A DNA stretch of 59,870 nt, from the IMG/VR virus record IMGVR_UViG_3300009050_000003, positions 1-59,870 of that record; one strand, 5' to 3'. The position numbers and the translations under genes are program-made. Every line of letters starts with the position of its first letter. Position 1 is the first letter of the stretch. This DNA is from a virus. Taxonomy: Duplodnaviria; Caudoviricetes. Under the pieces are notes generated by a model. That model did no database searches and was not told the origin of the DNA. It saw only the letters and a program-made list of their open reading frames with translations. Positions 1 to 10,006 of this stretch are shown one piece after another.

Positions 1-506
1 CGTATAATACTTCTCGTAGTACAACGACTACGTGGAATACAAGTAGCAGTACAACAACGACTTATACGACTACTTACTTGACAAGTCATAGCACGACTAC
101 AACTTGGAATACAAGTAGAAGCACAACTACTGCTTATAATACAAGCCATAGTACAACGACTACTTTTAGTACAAGTCACACGACGACTACGACTTTCTTG
201 ACAGCGTATAGTACGTCTCATAGTACAACGACTACTTATAATACAACTCGTCAAACTACGACTACTTATAGTACGTCTAACAGTACAACGACTACTTATA
301 ATACAAGTAAACAGACTACAACTACTTATACAACTACGTATAGTACAAGTCATACAACTACTACTACTTATAGTACGTCTAACAGTACAACAACGACTTA
401 CAATACAACTCGTAGCACGACTACTGTATTTAATACGTCGCACACTACTACGACTACATATAATACAAGTCGTACAACTATCAGAACAACAAGTTTTTAC
501 ACTTAA
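1..506 (+). CDS. C-terminal part of a Thr/Ser-rich repeat protein (probable fibre or decoration protein), 5'-truncated by the window edge
   Basis: Frame is open from position 3 to TAA at 506. It consists of ~10-aa repeats of the form (Y/W/F)(N/S)T(S/T)x(S/T/Q)TTTT. Confidence 0.75.
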   Translation, partial: YNTSRSTTTTWNTSSSTTTTYTTTYLTSHSTTTTWNTSRSTTTAYNTSHSTTTTFSTSHTTTTTFLTAYSTSHSTTTTYNTTRQTTTTYSTSNSTTTTYNTSKQTTTTYTTTYSTSHTTTTTYSTSNSTTTTYNTTRSTTTVFNTSHTTTTTYNTSRTTIRTTSFYT

Positions 507-516
507 TAAGATAAAA

Positions 517-549
517 AGGAGTCAGCCCTTCGGGGCTGGCTAGCCTTTT
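517..549 (+). terminator. Intrinsic terminator-like hairpin
   Basis: AGTCAGCCC-TTCG-GGGCTGGCT stem with a UUCG loop, followed by CCTTTT. Confidence 0.65.
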
Positions 550-566
550 GAAAGGTTAGATTAATA

Positions 567-1478
567 ATGACAGATAAAATGTTTGATACGGAATATTTGA
601 AACAGCACATGGGCGACTATGCTAAAGAGCTAAACCCCGATGTAGCCAAGCTAGAGCCTATTGTAGAAGCTCTAAAAGAGAAGACAAAGACGCTTGGCAT
701 AGAAGTTGAACATGATGTTACTGCTCTAGAAAACCCATATTTTAAAACTTTTAATTATACAAGTTACGCAGGTTTTTTAACAGTACATCCTTTGCAGCCT
801 GAACACTCTGCTCGACAAATGCTTGATGCTTGGTACTCTGATGAATCTGAAGCAAATCATGATTGGTATGATTGGTCTGTTGATAGAATTAATAATAAAC
901 AAGCAAGTAAGTATAATATTAAAAGCACTAAGATCATCCCTAATAAAATCTTTAGTTTAGTTGTACTTCCTGGTGGTAACAAGCTTAAGAAACATATCTG
1001 CATTGGTCAACTAGAAAATATTGCAGACTTCGGTGGCCCCTCTACTGGCATGGAAAATGGAATTTTCTGGAAAGCGCATCCTATCACTAAGCTATCAGAA
1101 GTTTCTGAACTAAACGAGCGTCTTGGTGGAGAATTTGCTGTTCGAGATGGCTATAACCTTTATGAGTTGATGGAACGAGTTGAACAAATTGTTTACACGT
1201 CTCATCTGAGTGAATCCGCATGGATCGCTTCTGTTATGGGTAAGAAAATTGTACCTATTGATAAGTATCAGGCTCGTGCTATGTCGTCTTTCTTTCACAT
1301 TAATCATTTCTTGTTTAGTGAACCAAATCCTATTGAATTTGGATGTAAGGCATTTAATGATTACCGTTCGGGAATATTCCAACCTGATATTGATAAAGAC
1401 TGGGAAGAAAAACTAGATAAATATCTAGCATATATTTCTGAACGTCGCATAATTCAACACGGCTTTTACCAGATGTGA
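567..1478 (+). CDS. Putative GT-B-fold glycosyltransferase (KpsS/capsule-synthesis-like C-terminal motif)
   Basis: FWKAHP...LYELMERVEQIVYTSHLSESAWIASVMGKKIV resembles the KxHP...ell..V.t..S....A...GKpV signature of GT-B sugar transferases. Confidence 0.5.
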   Translation: MTDKMFDTEYLKQHMGDYAKELNPDVAKLEPIVEALKEKTKTLGIEVEHDVTALENPYFKTFNYTSYAGFLTVHPLQPEHSARQMLDAWYSDESEANHDWYDWSVDRINNKQASKYNIKSTKIIPNKIFSLVVLPGGNKLKKHICIGQLENIADFGGPSTGMENGIFWKAHPITKLSEVSELNERLGGEFAVRDGYNLYELMERVEQIVYTSHLSESAWIASVMGKKIVPIDKYQARAMSSFFHINHFLFSEPNPIEFGCKAFNDYRSGIFQPDIDKDWEEKLDKYLAYISERRIIQHGFYQM

Positions 1479-1485
1479 TACGGAT

Positions 1486-1656
1486 ATGATTGAAAAGAAA
1501 AAGTTTATATTCTCAAAAGATAAATACAAAATTTGTGAAGAATGCCCAGAGCTGGATAAAAAAGCTGCTATGGGTCCAACCTGCAAACAATGCGGGTGTT
1601 TAATGAAAATTAAAACAAAAATGCCATTTGTTACCTGCCCCCTAGGTAAATGGTAA
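1486..1656 (+). CDS. Small Cys-rich zinc-binding protein (DUF6171-like), 56 aa, not in the ORF track
   Basis: Translated by hand: MIEKKK...ICEECPEL...TCKQCGCLMKIKTKMPFVTCPLGKW. Confidence 0.75.
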   Translation: MIEKKKFIFSKDKYKICEECPELDKKAAMGPTCKQCGCLMKIKTKMPFVTCPLGKW

Positions 1657-1677
1657 ATTTAAGAGGAACAACTCTGA

Positions 1678-2373
1678 ATGTCCAAAAGAAAATCTCGCTA
1701 CGCTACTAAAAACGAAGAATCCATTTATATTCCTCGTGTTGCTTTTCATGTGATTCCTAAAAATACTAAGCAGGATAACTTGATTAAAGCTATCAAAATG
1801 AATCCGATTACAGTTACTATTGGCTGTGCTGGTACTGGTAAAACATACTGCAGTGCTGGTACAGTAGCGCATCTTTTTCTAAAAGGCGGCTACGGTAAAA
1901 TTGTTCTTACTCGTGCCAATGTTCCTACAGGCAAAACACTTGGGCATTTTCCTGGAACTATTCAAGAAAAGATGACACCTTGGCTACTCCCGATGATGGA
2001 GGTTTTGGAACAAGCATTTGGAAAAGGTAAGTTTCAGTATATGCTAGCTAAAGGTGAAATTGAAATTCAACCTATTGAAACTATTCGCGGTAGGTCTTAT
2101 AAAAATGCTTTAGTTCTTGTTGATGAGGCTCAAAACCTTGATTTTGATGAACTTAAAGCAATCAGCACACGTCTTGGCGAGAATTCGAAACTAGTATTAA
2201 TGGGGGATCCCGCACAATCTGATGTAAAAGATGGCGCGGATCTTCTTAAGTTTTGTTATCTGGTAAATAAGAATGGAATTAATCTTCCTGTAATTAAATT
2301 TGAAGTAGATGATATTGTACGTTCTGATATTGTAGCCGACTTGGTTAAAATGTTTCTCAGAGAGAACGTGTAA
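1678..2373 (+). CDS. phoH: PhoH family ATPase
   Basis: GCAGTGKT Walker A, LGHFPG, IRGRSY, LVDEAQN, GDPAQSD and DIVRS motifs. Confidence 0.95.
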   Translation: MSKRKSRYATKNEESIYIPRVAFHVIPKNTKQDNLIKAIKMNPITVTIGCAGTGKTYCSAGTVAHLFLKGGYGKIVLTRANVPTGKTLGHFPGTIQEKMTPWLLPMMEVLEQAFGKGKFQYMLAKGEIEIQPIETIRGRSYKNALVLVDEAQNLDFDELKAISTRLGENSKLVLMGDPAQSDVKDGADLLKFCYLVNKNGINLPVIKFEVDDIVRSDIVADLVKMFLRENV

Positions 2374-2464
2374 TATAGGCAGGAGCAGTGATTACGCTTT
2401 ACATAGGGGTTCTCTATTAACTAGCGTAATTGCTGCTCTCTGTGCCACTCTGAAGGAGACAGGC

Positions 2465-2908
2465 ATGTATAACAGAGGTATCCTTGAAAAAGCACTTAAC
2501 AGTGCTACACAATTAATAAACAAGAGATCAAAACAATCTAGTAATTATACCCGTGGTTATAACGACTGTTTTGCTTTACTAGTAGCTTATGATGCTTTTT
2601 TAAGAAAAGGCAACTCTAAGTGCAAGTATATAAAAGATCTAGAGTATAACTCTCCTGTTGAATTTCTAAAAGAATTAAAGCGCAGAGGATATACTCTTGA
2701 AGAATTTGCAAACTATTGTGGCTATGAAATTGTCACAAATAAAAGACCCATGTTTGGAGATATCGCATATGAACACGGCTCTGCTATGATAGCTAGTGAT
2801 GGTTGGTGGGTCTCAACCTCTGAGTGCAACGAAGGAGTTAGCAACAAACGTCAAATAAATTTTATAGAAAGGCGTTTGATTCTCCTAGCTAGACCGATAA
2901 GGAGTTAA
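2465..2908 (+). CDS. NlpC/P60-like tail-tip accessory protein
   Basis: GYNDCFALL and PMFGDIAY motifs; lies directly before the tail-tip genes. Confidence 0.5.
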   Translation: MYNRGILEKALNSATQLINKRSKQSSNYTRGYNDCFALLVAYDAFLRKGNSKCKYIKDLEYNSPVEFLKELKRRGYTLEEFANYCGYEIVTNKRPMFGDIAYEHGSAMIASDGWWVSTSECNEGVSNKRQINFIERRLILLARPIRS

Positions 2909-2910
2909 TT

Positions 2911-3516
2911 ATGGCGGTTTACTACTATGAAGGTGCTAAAATTTTAGCGCCACTCACAATTACTTCCAATGAGCCTATGTTTGATATAGACACTGTTTCT
3001 CTTCGTAAACAGCGTACTTCACAAGGTGTTCAACGTTGGGAACTTTCTTTTAACATTCAAGGCGAATTTGACACTGCTGATGATTTATTCGTAGCTTCGG
3101 TTGTTGACTTTGACAATGTTAAAACTATGATTATGCCACAACTTCCTGTTGTTGCTAAAAGACATAATATGAATACAAGCCCTCTCGTAGCTACAGCCGC
3201 AGGTGCGGGATCTGAATATGTATATATTGATTCTGCGATCGTAGATGGTTTGTTACCTAAAGGTGCTTTCATCAAATTTTCTAATCATGACAAAATATAT
3301 GTTGTCCGTCAAGATGTGAGCTTTGATGGTCTTGCTGATAAGTATATTCACATTTACCCTTCCCTCTCTAAGAATGTTAACACTTCAACATCTTTGCTGA
3401 CAGGAAACAACTGCGTACTTACTTATTATCGTGACATTGACAACGCTCAGGGAATTACTTTTACAGACGGTGTTTTGTCTAACGCTGGAACTATTAATCT
3501 TGTAGAGGCACTGTAA
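2911..3516 (+). CDS. Distal tail (Dit-like) minor tail protein
   Basis: Position before the hub and tip genes; QRWELSF motif; beta-rich 201 aa. Confidence 0.55.
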   Translation: MAVYYYEGAKILAPLTITSNEPMFDIDTVSLRKQRTSQGVQRWELSFNIQGEFDTADDLFVASVVDFDNVKTMIMPQLPVVAKRHNMNTSPLVATAAGAGSEYVYIDSAIVDGLLPKGAFIKFSNHDKIYVVRQDVSFDGLADKYIHIYPSLSKNVNTSTSLLTGNNCVLTYYRDIDNAQGITFTDGVLSNAGTINLVEAL

Positions 3517-4073
3517 TGAGAATATTTACACCCGAAGTACAAGCAGTTATCGACAGTGGAGACATTCGATTTTTCTTTCTGATTGAACTTTACTTTAGCC
3601 AAACCTATCGCTTTACTAGCTATAAGCACGACATTACTCACAATAATAAAGTGTATACTGCAGGTGGTGGCCTATTTGAATTTGATTCCCCAAAGTTCTC
3701 AACAGTTGTTGATAGGGAAGCTTATCGAATTGTTATTGCTGACTTAATTGATCAAATGGCAGCTGAATTCCGTTACAATGTGACAGGAAAAGATATCAAA
3801 GTTATGGTTGGCCTTTTAGATGCAAATGATAACCCTCTTGTAAACAGTCATATACTCGATGTGTATAAAGGCTATGTGGACAGCCCTGCAATTAATAATG
3901 ACTGGGAAACCAAGCTAGCTGTTATCGAAGGTACTTCACCAATGTCTGATCTAGATATGGTGAACACATTTATTACATCTAAAGACGGTATGGACCAAAG
4001 AAACATTAACGATACTTCCTTTGACGAGATTTATACGGATAACGAAGTCAGCCTTAAGTGGGGTAAAATCTAA
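3516..4073 (+). CDS. Minor tail protein (gpL/hub-like)
   Basis: FFLIELYF..YRFTSY..DI.HNNKVY...G pattern; overlaps the start of the tail tip gene. Confidence 0.6.
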   Translation: MRIFTPEVQAVIDSGDIRFFFLIELYFSQTYRFTSYKHDITHNNKVYTAGGGLFEFDSPKFSTVVDREAYRIVIADLIDQMAAEFRYNVTGKDIKVMVGLLDANDNPLVNSHILDVYKGYVDSPAINNDWETKLAVIEGTSPMSDLDMVNTFITSKDGMDQRNINDTSFDEIYTDNEVSLKWGKI

Positions 4074-7000
4074 TGGGTATTGAACTTCAAATTGCAATGT
4101 TTATCTTCTCGACTGCTTATCAGTACAGTCAACAGAAGAAACAAGAAGCGAAGATGAAGGCCGAAGCGGATAAACGCAAAGGCTTTGAAATTACTGTGCG
4201 CGGTGAAGCTGCGCATGTTCCTGTGGTTTATGGTAAACAAGCAATAGGTGGTATTGAAACTAAACATCTTGTAAGAGATGGTTTTAGCACAAATACTTCT
4301 TTAGCAAGCGTAAGCTTAAGCAGTGGTTTAGGTACTTCTTATAATGGCTCTAAGAACGAAATTCTAGTCATGCAGTATGCCCTTTGCCATGATGGTATCG
4401 AGGGTGTTCAGCATATTGTTGTTAATGATACTAGCTATAATGACAGTGAAGCTAAATTTAGTCATAGGTTTAACATTTATAATAATGGTGGTGTTGCAGA
4501 TCCTACATCTGGTATTCCTGATTCAAATCTTTTTAGCGGAACTGCAAACGTAACTGCTATTTTTCAACTAAATAGAGACGACTACAACTACAATGGAATT
4601 CCTTACCTTAAATTCCTTGTAAAAGGTCGTAAAGTTAGAAAAATTACGAAATCAGGATCAACCTATACTCTTGACACTAACTACGTTTATTCAAATAACC
4701 CTGCATACTGTTTGCTTGATTACCTTATGAATAAAGATTTTGGTCGTGGTTTAAGTGTTAATGAAGTTGATTTAGAATCATTTTATCATGCGGCTCAAGT
4801 ATGTGATACCACCGTTGCAAATGACAAGGCTATTGGCGGTAAGGTTAACGGCACAGCTACCTCCAGAGATATTCCCCTTTATGAGTGCAATATTACCCTT
4901 GATACCGAAGATAAAATTAGAGATAACGTAGAACGTATTCTAAACACAATGGGTCTGGCCGAACTTGTTTGGTCTTCTAGTGGTAAATACAAGCTTATGC
5001 TTGAATACCCACAAAATTCAACTGAACAAGACGCCTTGGTTCCTGTATCAATGTACTTTACTGAAGACGATATTGTTCGCGATGATGTAGGGCTTGCTTG
5101 GCCTTCTGCAGCAGATCGCTACAATCAAGCGACAGTTCGGTTCTCTAATGAACACGAAGATTTTAAAGAGGACTCTGTAAGCTGGCCTACTAAATTCTCT
5201 GCAACTCATAATTTGTATCTAGAAGAAGATAACCAACAACCTTATAACACTGATATGTCTTTAGATGGAGTTACTGACCCTTATCATGCTCTTGCAAAGG
5301 CAGAACAAATTGTTCGTCAATCTCGTACTCGTTTTACTTTAAGTTTTACAGCTACTACAAAAGCTTTAAAAGTAGAACCAGGAGATTTTATTAAAGTAAA
5401 TCTGCCTCAGATGGCTATTAACAACGAGTTGTTTAGAGTTTCTTCTGTTCAAGTTAATTCTGACTTTACGGTTAAACTTGAATGTTACTCTTTTGATTAT
5501 CGTATGCTAGCTTGGAGTGTTGGTTATAATATTCCTTATGCAACTAAACCTACTTTTGATTTCTCAATTAACCCTCCAACTAATGTTGTTTTTGAAATAG
5601 ATGGGGGTAGCTTACTTGGAACTAGGTCAGGACAGCTTACTTGGAATTCTGCTGACGACTCCTCTGTTAAAGAATACTTGATTGAAGCCTCTCCTGATCA
5701 GGGTAATACTTGGCATACTCTAGGGATTACTCGAAACACAACCTTTGATGTCTTTGGACTAAATACAGGTGTATATGATTTCTCTGTTCGATCAAGGACA
5801 CCTGCAGGAACACTTTCAAACAGGACTGTTGCAACAGGTATTACACTTCAGCGTATCACAGTAGATAAGGTTGCTGTTATTTATGCGGATAGTTCAGACT
5901 CTACTACAAATACACAATCTTATGAAGTTGGAACAAATAAGTTTGTAGCATATTATACTTATTCTGGTGGTAATTTGCCGACATTGCCTATTAGAACTTT
6001 GATTGAGTTCAAGCAATTTGTTGGAGATGATGGTGCGCCAGGTCAGCCTGGAACTAACGGTGTAGACGGTAATCCTGGAAAAGATGGCGTTTCAGCAGGT
6101 GTTCTTGTTGTTTATGCAGATGATGCTATTGGAACAAATAAAACCCTTACGTATAATAATCAAGAATATGTTTTGTATTATGAATGGGAAAACTCCCCGC
6201 CTGCTGTTCAAGATGTATCGGGTACTTGGGTTAAATTTGTAGGCAAAAACGGTAAAGACGGTAATAATGGTCAATCTGTTTGGACAATTTACTCGCCTGA
6301 TGCTACAGGTACTAACCAAAGCTTTACTTATAATGGACAAGCCTATGTAACTTTCTACGAATCTGAAACTCAACCTAGTCTACCTGTAAGTGGTCAGACT
6401 TGGGTGAAATTTGTAGGAAGTAATGGGTATACTCCAGTTAAAGGTGTTGATTATAATGACGGTTTAAATGGAGCGGCAGCAACAAGTGTTGCTCAACTTC
6501 AGATTTATAAACGTTCTGCAACTGCGCTAACTACAGCACCGACTGGCGGTAAATTTAGTTTTACTACAACTACTACTACACCTCCAACAGGTTGGTCTGC
6601 AAGTATTCCTACAGGGACAGACCCAGTTTATGTATCAGTTGGTGTTGCATCTATTGTTGGTACTACAGGTGAAGATCTTAGTATAACTTGGTCTACTCCT
6701 CAACAAGCTTTCCGAATTGGTGATGATGGTATTCAAGGTAAATCTACTTTCCTTGCTACAGTCTATAAGCGTTCTTCAACTGCTTTAACAGGTGGTATTA
6801 GTGGAGGTAGCTTTGAATTTGGTGCTAACTTGCTTACACCCCCAAATGGTTGGTCGATTACTGTCCCTAGCGGCACTGATCCCTTGTATGCTATGCAATA
6901 TTTGTTCAGTGTGACAGGTGATCAGGGAACTGATTCTGTAACTTCACCAGAAGTTTGGTCTACCCCTGTAGAGATTATGCGTAATGGTGATAATGGCTAC

Positions 7001-7729
7001 ACACCTGTAAAAGGTACGGACTACTTTGATGGAGACGATGGTAAATCTACTTACTTAGCTCAAATCTTTAGACGGTCTGCTACTGCACTAACAACTGCAC
7101 CTACAGGTGGCTCTTATAACTTTGGAACTAACACTTTAACTACTCCTACAAACTGGTTTGCTTATCCACCTTCAGGTAGTGATCCTTTGTATATTACTAC
7201 TGCGTTGGCAACTGGTTCTGGACCCACCGCTATTGATAGTAGTTTAACTTGGAGAGCACCTACTCTCTTTGTTAGCAATGGTATTAATGGTACTAATGGC
7301 ATTAACGGTACTAACGGTATTAACGGTACTAACGGGGCTACTGGACCTCGCGGTGCAGGTTGGTGGCGTTATGCAACAGGCACTAGTAGTGGTGTAACGG
7401 GCTTATCTGAATCTACTATTAGTTCTTATTTTAGCACTGCAACAAATAACTTGACTATTGTGGCAGGTGACCGTTTGATTGTATCCAATACTGTAGGTGG
7501 TGCTACAGGCTACGTTAGAAACGAAACCAATACTGCATGGATTGAACAAGCGAAGTTTATTGATGGTAATTTGTTAGTCGCAGGTACTATTGAGGGTACT
7601 GCATTAAAAGCTACAACGCTGTCGGCAATCAAGGCGGACCTTGGTACAATTCAAGCAGGTAAGTTGCAAAACCCTAATGGTACCTTTGTTATTGATTTGG
7701 CAAATGGTACAATCACAATCTCAGTATAA
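4073..7729 (+). CDS. Tail tip / host-specificity protein (lambda gpJ-like) with FN3-like, collagen-like and repeated beta modules
   Basis: VPVVYGK, YSNNPAYCLLDYL...GRGL, DLESF..AA..CD and LKVEPGDFI motifs; FN3-like segment; GxxG triplets; C-terminal FIDGNLLVAGTI...ADLGTIQAG. Confidence 0.85.
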   Translation: MGIELQIAMFIFSTAYQYSQQKKQEAKMKAEADKRKGFEITVRGEAAHVPVVYGKQAIGGIETKHLVRDGFSTNTSLASVSLSSGLGTSYNGSKNEILVMQYALCHDGIEGVQHIVVNDTSYNDSEAKFSHRFNIYNNGGVADPTSGIPDSNLFSGTANVTAIFQLNRDDYNYNGIPYLKFLVKGRKVRKITKSGSTYTLDTNYVYSNNPAYCLLDYLMNKDFGRGLSVNEVDLESFYHAAQVCDTTVANDKAIGGKVNGTATSRDIPLYECNITLDTEDKIRDNVERILNTMGLAELVWSSSGKYKLMLEYPQNSTEQDALVPVSMYFTEDDIVRDDVGLAWPSAADRYNQATVRFSNEHEDFKEDSVSWPTKFSATHNLYLEEDNQQPYNTDMSLDGVTDPYHALAKAEQIVRQSRTRFTLSFTATTKALKVEPGDFIKVNLPQMAINNELFRVSSVQVNSDFTVKLECYSFDYRMLAWSVGYNIPYATKPTFDFSINPPTNVVFEIDGGSLLGTRSGQLTWNSADDSSVKEYLIEASPDQGNTWHTLGITRNTTFDVFGLNTGVYDFSVRSRTPAGTLSNRTVATGITLQRITVDKVAVIYADSSDSTTNTQSYEVGTNKFVAYYTYSGGNLPTLPIRTLIEFKQFVGDDGAPGQPGTNGVDGNPGKDGVSAGVLVVYADDAIGTNKTLTYNNQEYVLYYEWENSPPAVQDVSGTWVKFVGKNGKDGNNGQSVWTIYSPDATGTNQSFTYNGQAYVTFYESETQPSLPVSGQTWVKFVGSNGYTPVKGVDYNDGLNGAAATSVAQLQIYKRSATALTTAPTGGKFSFTTTTTTPPTGWSASIPTGTDPVYVSVGVASIVGTTGEDLSITWSTPQQAFRIGDDGIQGKSTFLATVYKRSSTALTGGISGGSFEFGANLLTPPNGWSITVPSGTDPLYAMQYLFSVTGDQGTDSVTSPEVWSTPVEIMRNGDNGYTPVKGTDYFDGDDGKSTYLAQIFRRSATALTTAPTGGSYNFGTNTLTTPTNWFAYPPSGSDPLYITTALATGSGPTAIDSSLTWRAPTLFVSNGINGTNGINGTNGINGTNGATGPRGAGWWRYATGTSSGVTGLSESTISSYFSTATNNLTIVAGDRLIVSNTVGGATGYVRNETNTAWIEQAKFIDGNLLVAGTIEGTALKATTLSAIKADLGTIQAGKLQNPNGTFVIDLANGTITISV

Positions 7730-7740
7730 TGAGGAAAAAG

Positions 7741-8277
7741 ATGAAGTACGAAGATTATATTAATAAGATTGGTCTTAAGTATAACATCGTAGAAGGAAAA
7801 TTGGTAGAAGACCCTGATAACGGGGTCTTCACCGTTTCCACTACTTTAGCATACAATACGATTTACTTAAATAAGTTTAATAAAACAGCAGAATTAGTTA
7901 CTCACCCAAATTCTTGGATTGGTAGAACTTACAAATTTAGAAAAAGTGACTGTGTAACTCTTGCAGCAGATTACTATGATAGTATTCATAATACAGATCT
8001 CTCAAGGTGGTACAAAAACTTTTCTCATGAAAAGTGGTTTGAATATTATAAAATTGGTATGTCTAAATGGTTTACTGATCATAATTTTATCGAAGTCCCT
8101 AAAGAAAATTTAAAAGATTATGATTTTATAGTTTATAGCTATAATGATAGAGCTTACTCTCATATTGCAATTTACTTAGGTAATGATAAGATATTGCATC
8201 ACTTACCGCAAAGTCTTTCTTGTTATGACAACCTTGACAGAACAAAAATTTTAGGAGTTTACAGATATGGCAACTAG
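7741..8277 (+). CDS. NlpC/P60 family tail assembly protein (gpK-like)
   Basis: SDCVTLAADYY (catalytic Cys) and HIAIYLGNDKILHH. Start could be 7729 or 7741. Confidence 0.75.
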   Translation: MKYEDYINKIGLKYNIVEGKLVEDPDNGVFTVSTTLAYNTIYLNKFNKTAELVTHPNSWIGRTYKFRKSDCVTLAADYYDSIHNTDLSRWYKNFSHEKWFEYYKIGMSKWFTDHNFIEVPKENLKDYDFIVYSYNDRAYSHIAIYLGNDKILHHLPQSLSCYDNLDRTKILGVYRYGN

Positions 8278-8518
8278 AACATTCAGAGCATCATCTAGTA
8301 ACGGTGTTGTAATGATTACTAAGTCAGGAAAAACAGAGGCTCAACTAGATGCTATTGAAAAGAATCCCTATAGCTATTTAGATGATATTTACTTTCATAG
8401 TAGTTTGGACTATGTTCAAGGAACAGGTAAAGCTGCTGTCGGGTCTGTTACATTTCCCGCTGTTACTCGTACAGTAGTGTCTTGGTCTACTAGCAGCAGT
8501 TGCTTTGGACTATGTTAG
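8267..8518 (+). CDS. Hypothetical tail-associated protein
   Basis: ORF with RBS in the tail-tip cluster; DIYFHSSLDY motif. Confidence 0.55.
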   Translation: MATRTFRASSSNGVVMITKSGKTEAQLDAIEKNPYSYLDDIYFHSSLDYVQGTGKAAVGSVTFPAVTRTVVSWSTSSSCFGLC

Positions 8519-8527
8519 GAGATACCC

Positions 8528-8797
8528 ATGCCATCAGTTACAATTCCAAAAATGGATATTCATTATGCAAACGTAGGCAAGTCTCCTGTCGGTGAACCCG
8601 AAGCTATGCTTCTTAAAATTGACGGTGTTAGTTACTCTAACTTTTTTGCAAAAGATACAGGCAGCTATCAAAGATTTTTATTTCCAGTTTATAACTCTGC
8701 TACCGATTACCTACAAGTTGCTTGCTTAACCGTTACTTACAATGGAGACGCTCCTGCAGAAACTTTTAATAACATCGAGGTAATTACACTTGGTTGA
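8528..8797 (+). CDS. Hypothetical tail-associated protein
   Basis: AGGAG RBS; in frame with the preceding ORF. Confidence 0.55.
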   Translation: MPSVTIPKMDIHYANVGKSPVGEPEAMLLKIDGVSYSNFFAKDTGSYQRFLFPVYNSATDYLQVACLTVTYNGDAPAETFNNIEVITLG

Positions 8798-9530
8798 TCG
8801 AGTTTTTATTAGTGATAATACATTTATTACGCGCAATGCTAATAATAATATCACATTTTCAGCAGATAGGTATTACGTAAAAAATGATCCTAACGGAAGT
8901 TTCTTTCTAGGAGGTGTTACAACAACTCCCGTTCTAGTTGGCAGAACTAGTGGAGAAGGTACGCCATCTCCTTATACAAATATAGCAGGTTTTGTTATTG
9001 ATCATAGCTTTAGTAGAACAGTCGTCAATGGATTAAACGTTTCTGGATTTAATTTCAATATACCTGTAAACACTACATCAGTAGCAGGTAAGGCTTTAGG
9101 TTTTCAAACTACTCAATCTCGATATATGTTTAGACCTGCGGATAATGGTAGTTATTATATTTATAATAACAGACAAAGAGTTACTTTGAATTATAGTCTT
9201 GATGGTACTTTTATTTTTTCGGATCCATTGTTGCTCGTGGTAATTTTGGTTTTTGATATGCAAGAAGTGGGTCCATATCAGCCTGTAGGCTCGCTAGGAT
9301 GGTGCGCCAATAATTTTGCTGTATTAAACAATATTAATCAATTGAGAAAAGGCGGGACACTTACAGCAACTCCTTCTCATTCAAGCTACAATGAAATATC
9401 TCAAACTACCGATGGAGTTACATTTAGTTCGCCGCTTTCTCAATTCACAAGCCAACCGCTTACTATTCGGTATGACCCCCTTTGTGCAATAGGTAACCAA
9501 ACAAATGTTGACTTAACGGTGACCCCATGA
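8790..9530 (+). CDS. Putative receptor-binding or tail-associated protein
   Basis: Beta-rich (N/S/T/Y/F) 246 aa; TTG start with a GAGG RBS. Confidence 0.5.
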   Translation: MVDRVFISDNTFITRNANNNITFSADRYYVKNDPNGSFFLGGVTTTPVLVGRTSGEGTPSPYTNIAGFVIDHSFSRTVVNGLNVSGFNFNIPVNTTSVAGKALGFQTTQSRYMFRPADNGSYYIYNNRQRVTLNYSLDGTFIFSDPLLLVVILVFDMQEVGPYQPVGSLGWCANNFAVLNNINQLRKGGTLTATPSHSSYNEISQTTDGVTFSSPLSQFTSQPLTIRYDPLCAIGNQTNVDLTVTP

Positions 9531-9994
9531 CATTAAAAATTACAAGTAATAAGATCTATATCCAAAATACTTCTGGCTTAACTAAATTCGACAGTAATAA
9601 TCATTTACTATATAGGTATGGTTACAAATCGGGTTCATTTGATTTAACAGGATCTAGTAATTATCAAACTCAATCTCTAGGTTTTACAATTAATGAAAAA
9701 GCTATTCCAGTAATTTACATTACAGTAACTTACGCAGCAGGATCTATCTTAAGCACGATGATTAATATTAGACTGCCGTTATCGGGAGCATTTCCCAGCC
9801 ATTGGGAGGGTTTTGTTGAAAATTCTTCTGCTATTTCTCTACAAGAAAATCTAGAATTAGTGGCTGATGGTGATTATATCAAAGCAAGAATAAACCGCTA
9901 CGATCCAAGAACTTTTGATAACATTTGCGGACCTGGCTCGAAGGCAGTATCTTTTAACTACGAAGTATTTGCTTACAAACATCAAGACATTTAA
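9527..9994 (+). CDS. Tail-associated protein
   Basis: N-terminus (KIYIQNTSGLTKFDSN) resembles that of the preceding ORF; lies in the tail cluster. Confidence 0.5.
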   Translation: MTLKITSNKIYIQNTSGLTKFDSNNHLLYRYGYKSGSFDLTGSSNYQTQSLGFTINEKAIPVIYITVTYAAGSILSTMINIRLPLSGAFPSHWEGFVENSSAISLQENLELVADGDYIKARINRYDPRTFDNICGPGSKAVSFNYEVFAYKHQDI

Positions 9995-10006
9995 AGGAAA
10001 AGTTTT

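Noticed and set aside
1-506. Quasi-periodic 30-bp repeats as a CRISPR array
   Set aside because: The repeats are degenerate at synonymous positions, keep an open frame and have no unique spacers; no cas genes are present.
5860-7360. Diversity-generating retroelement TR/VR pair
   Set aside because: The repeats are in-frame protein modules diverged at all bases rather than only adenines, and there is no RT.
8516-8518. Genome-wide TAG recoding
   Set aside because: Long conserved genes are intact in the standard code, several end properly in TAG, and there is no suppressor tRNA.
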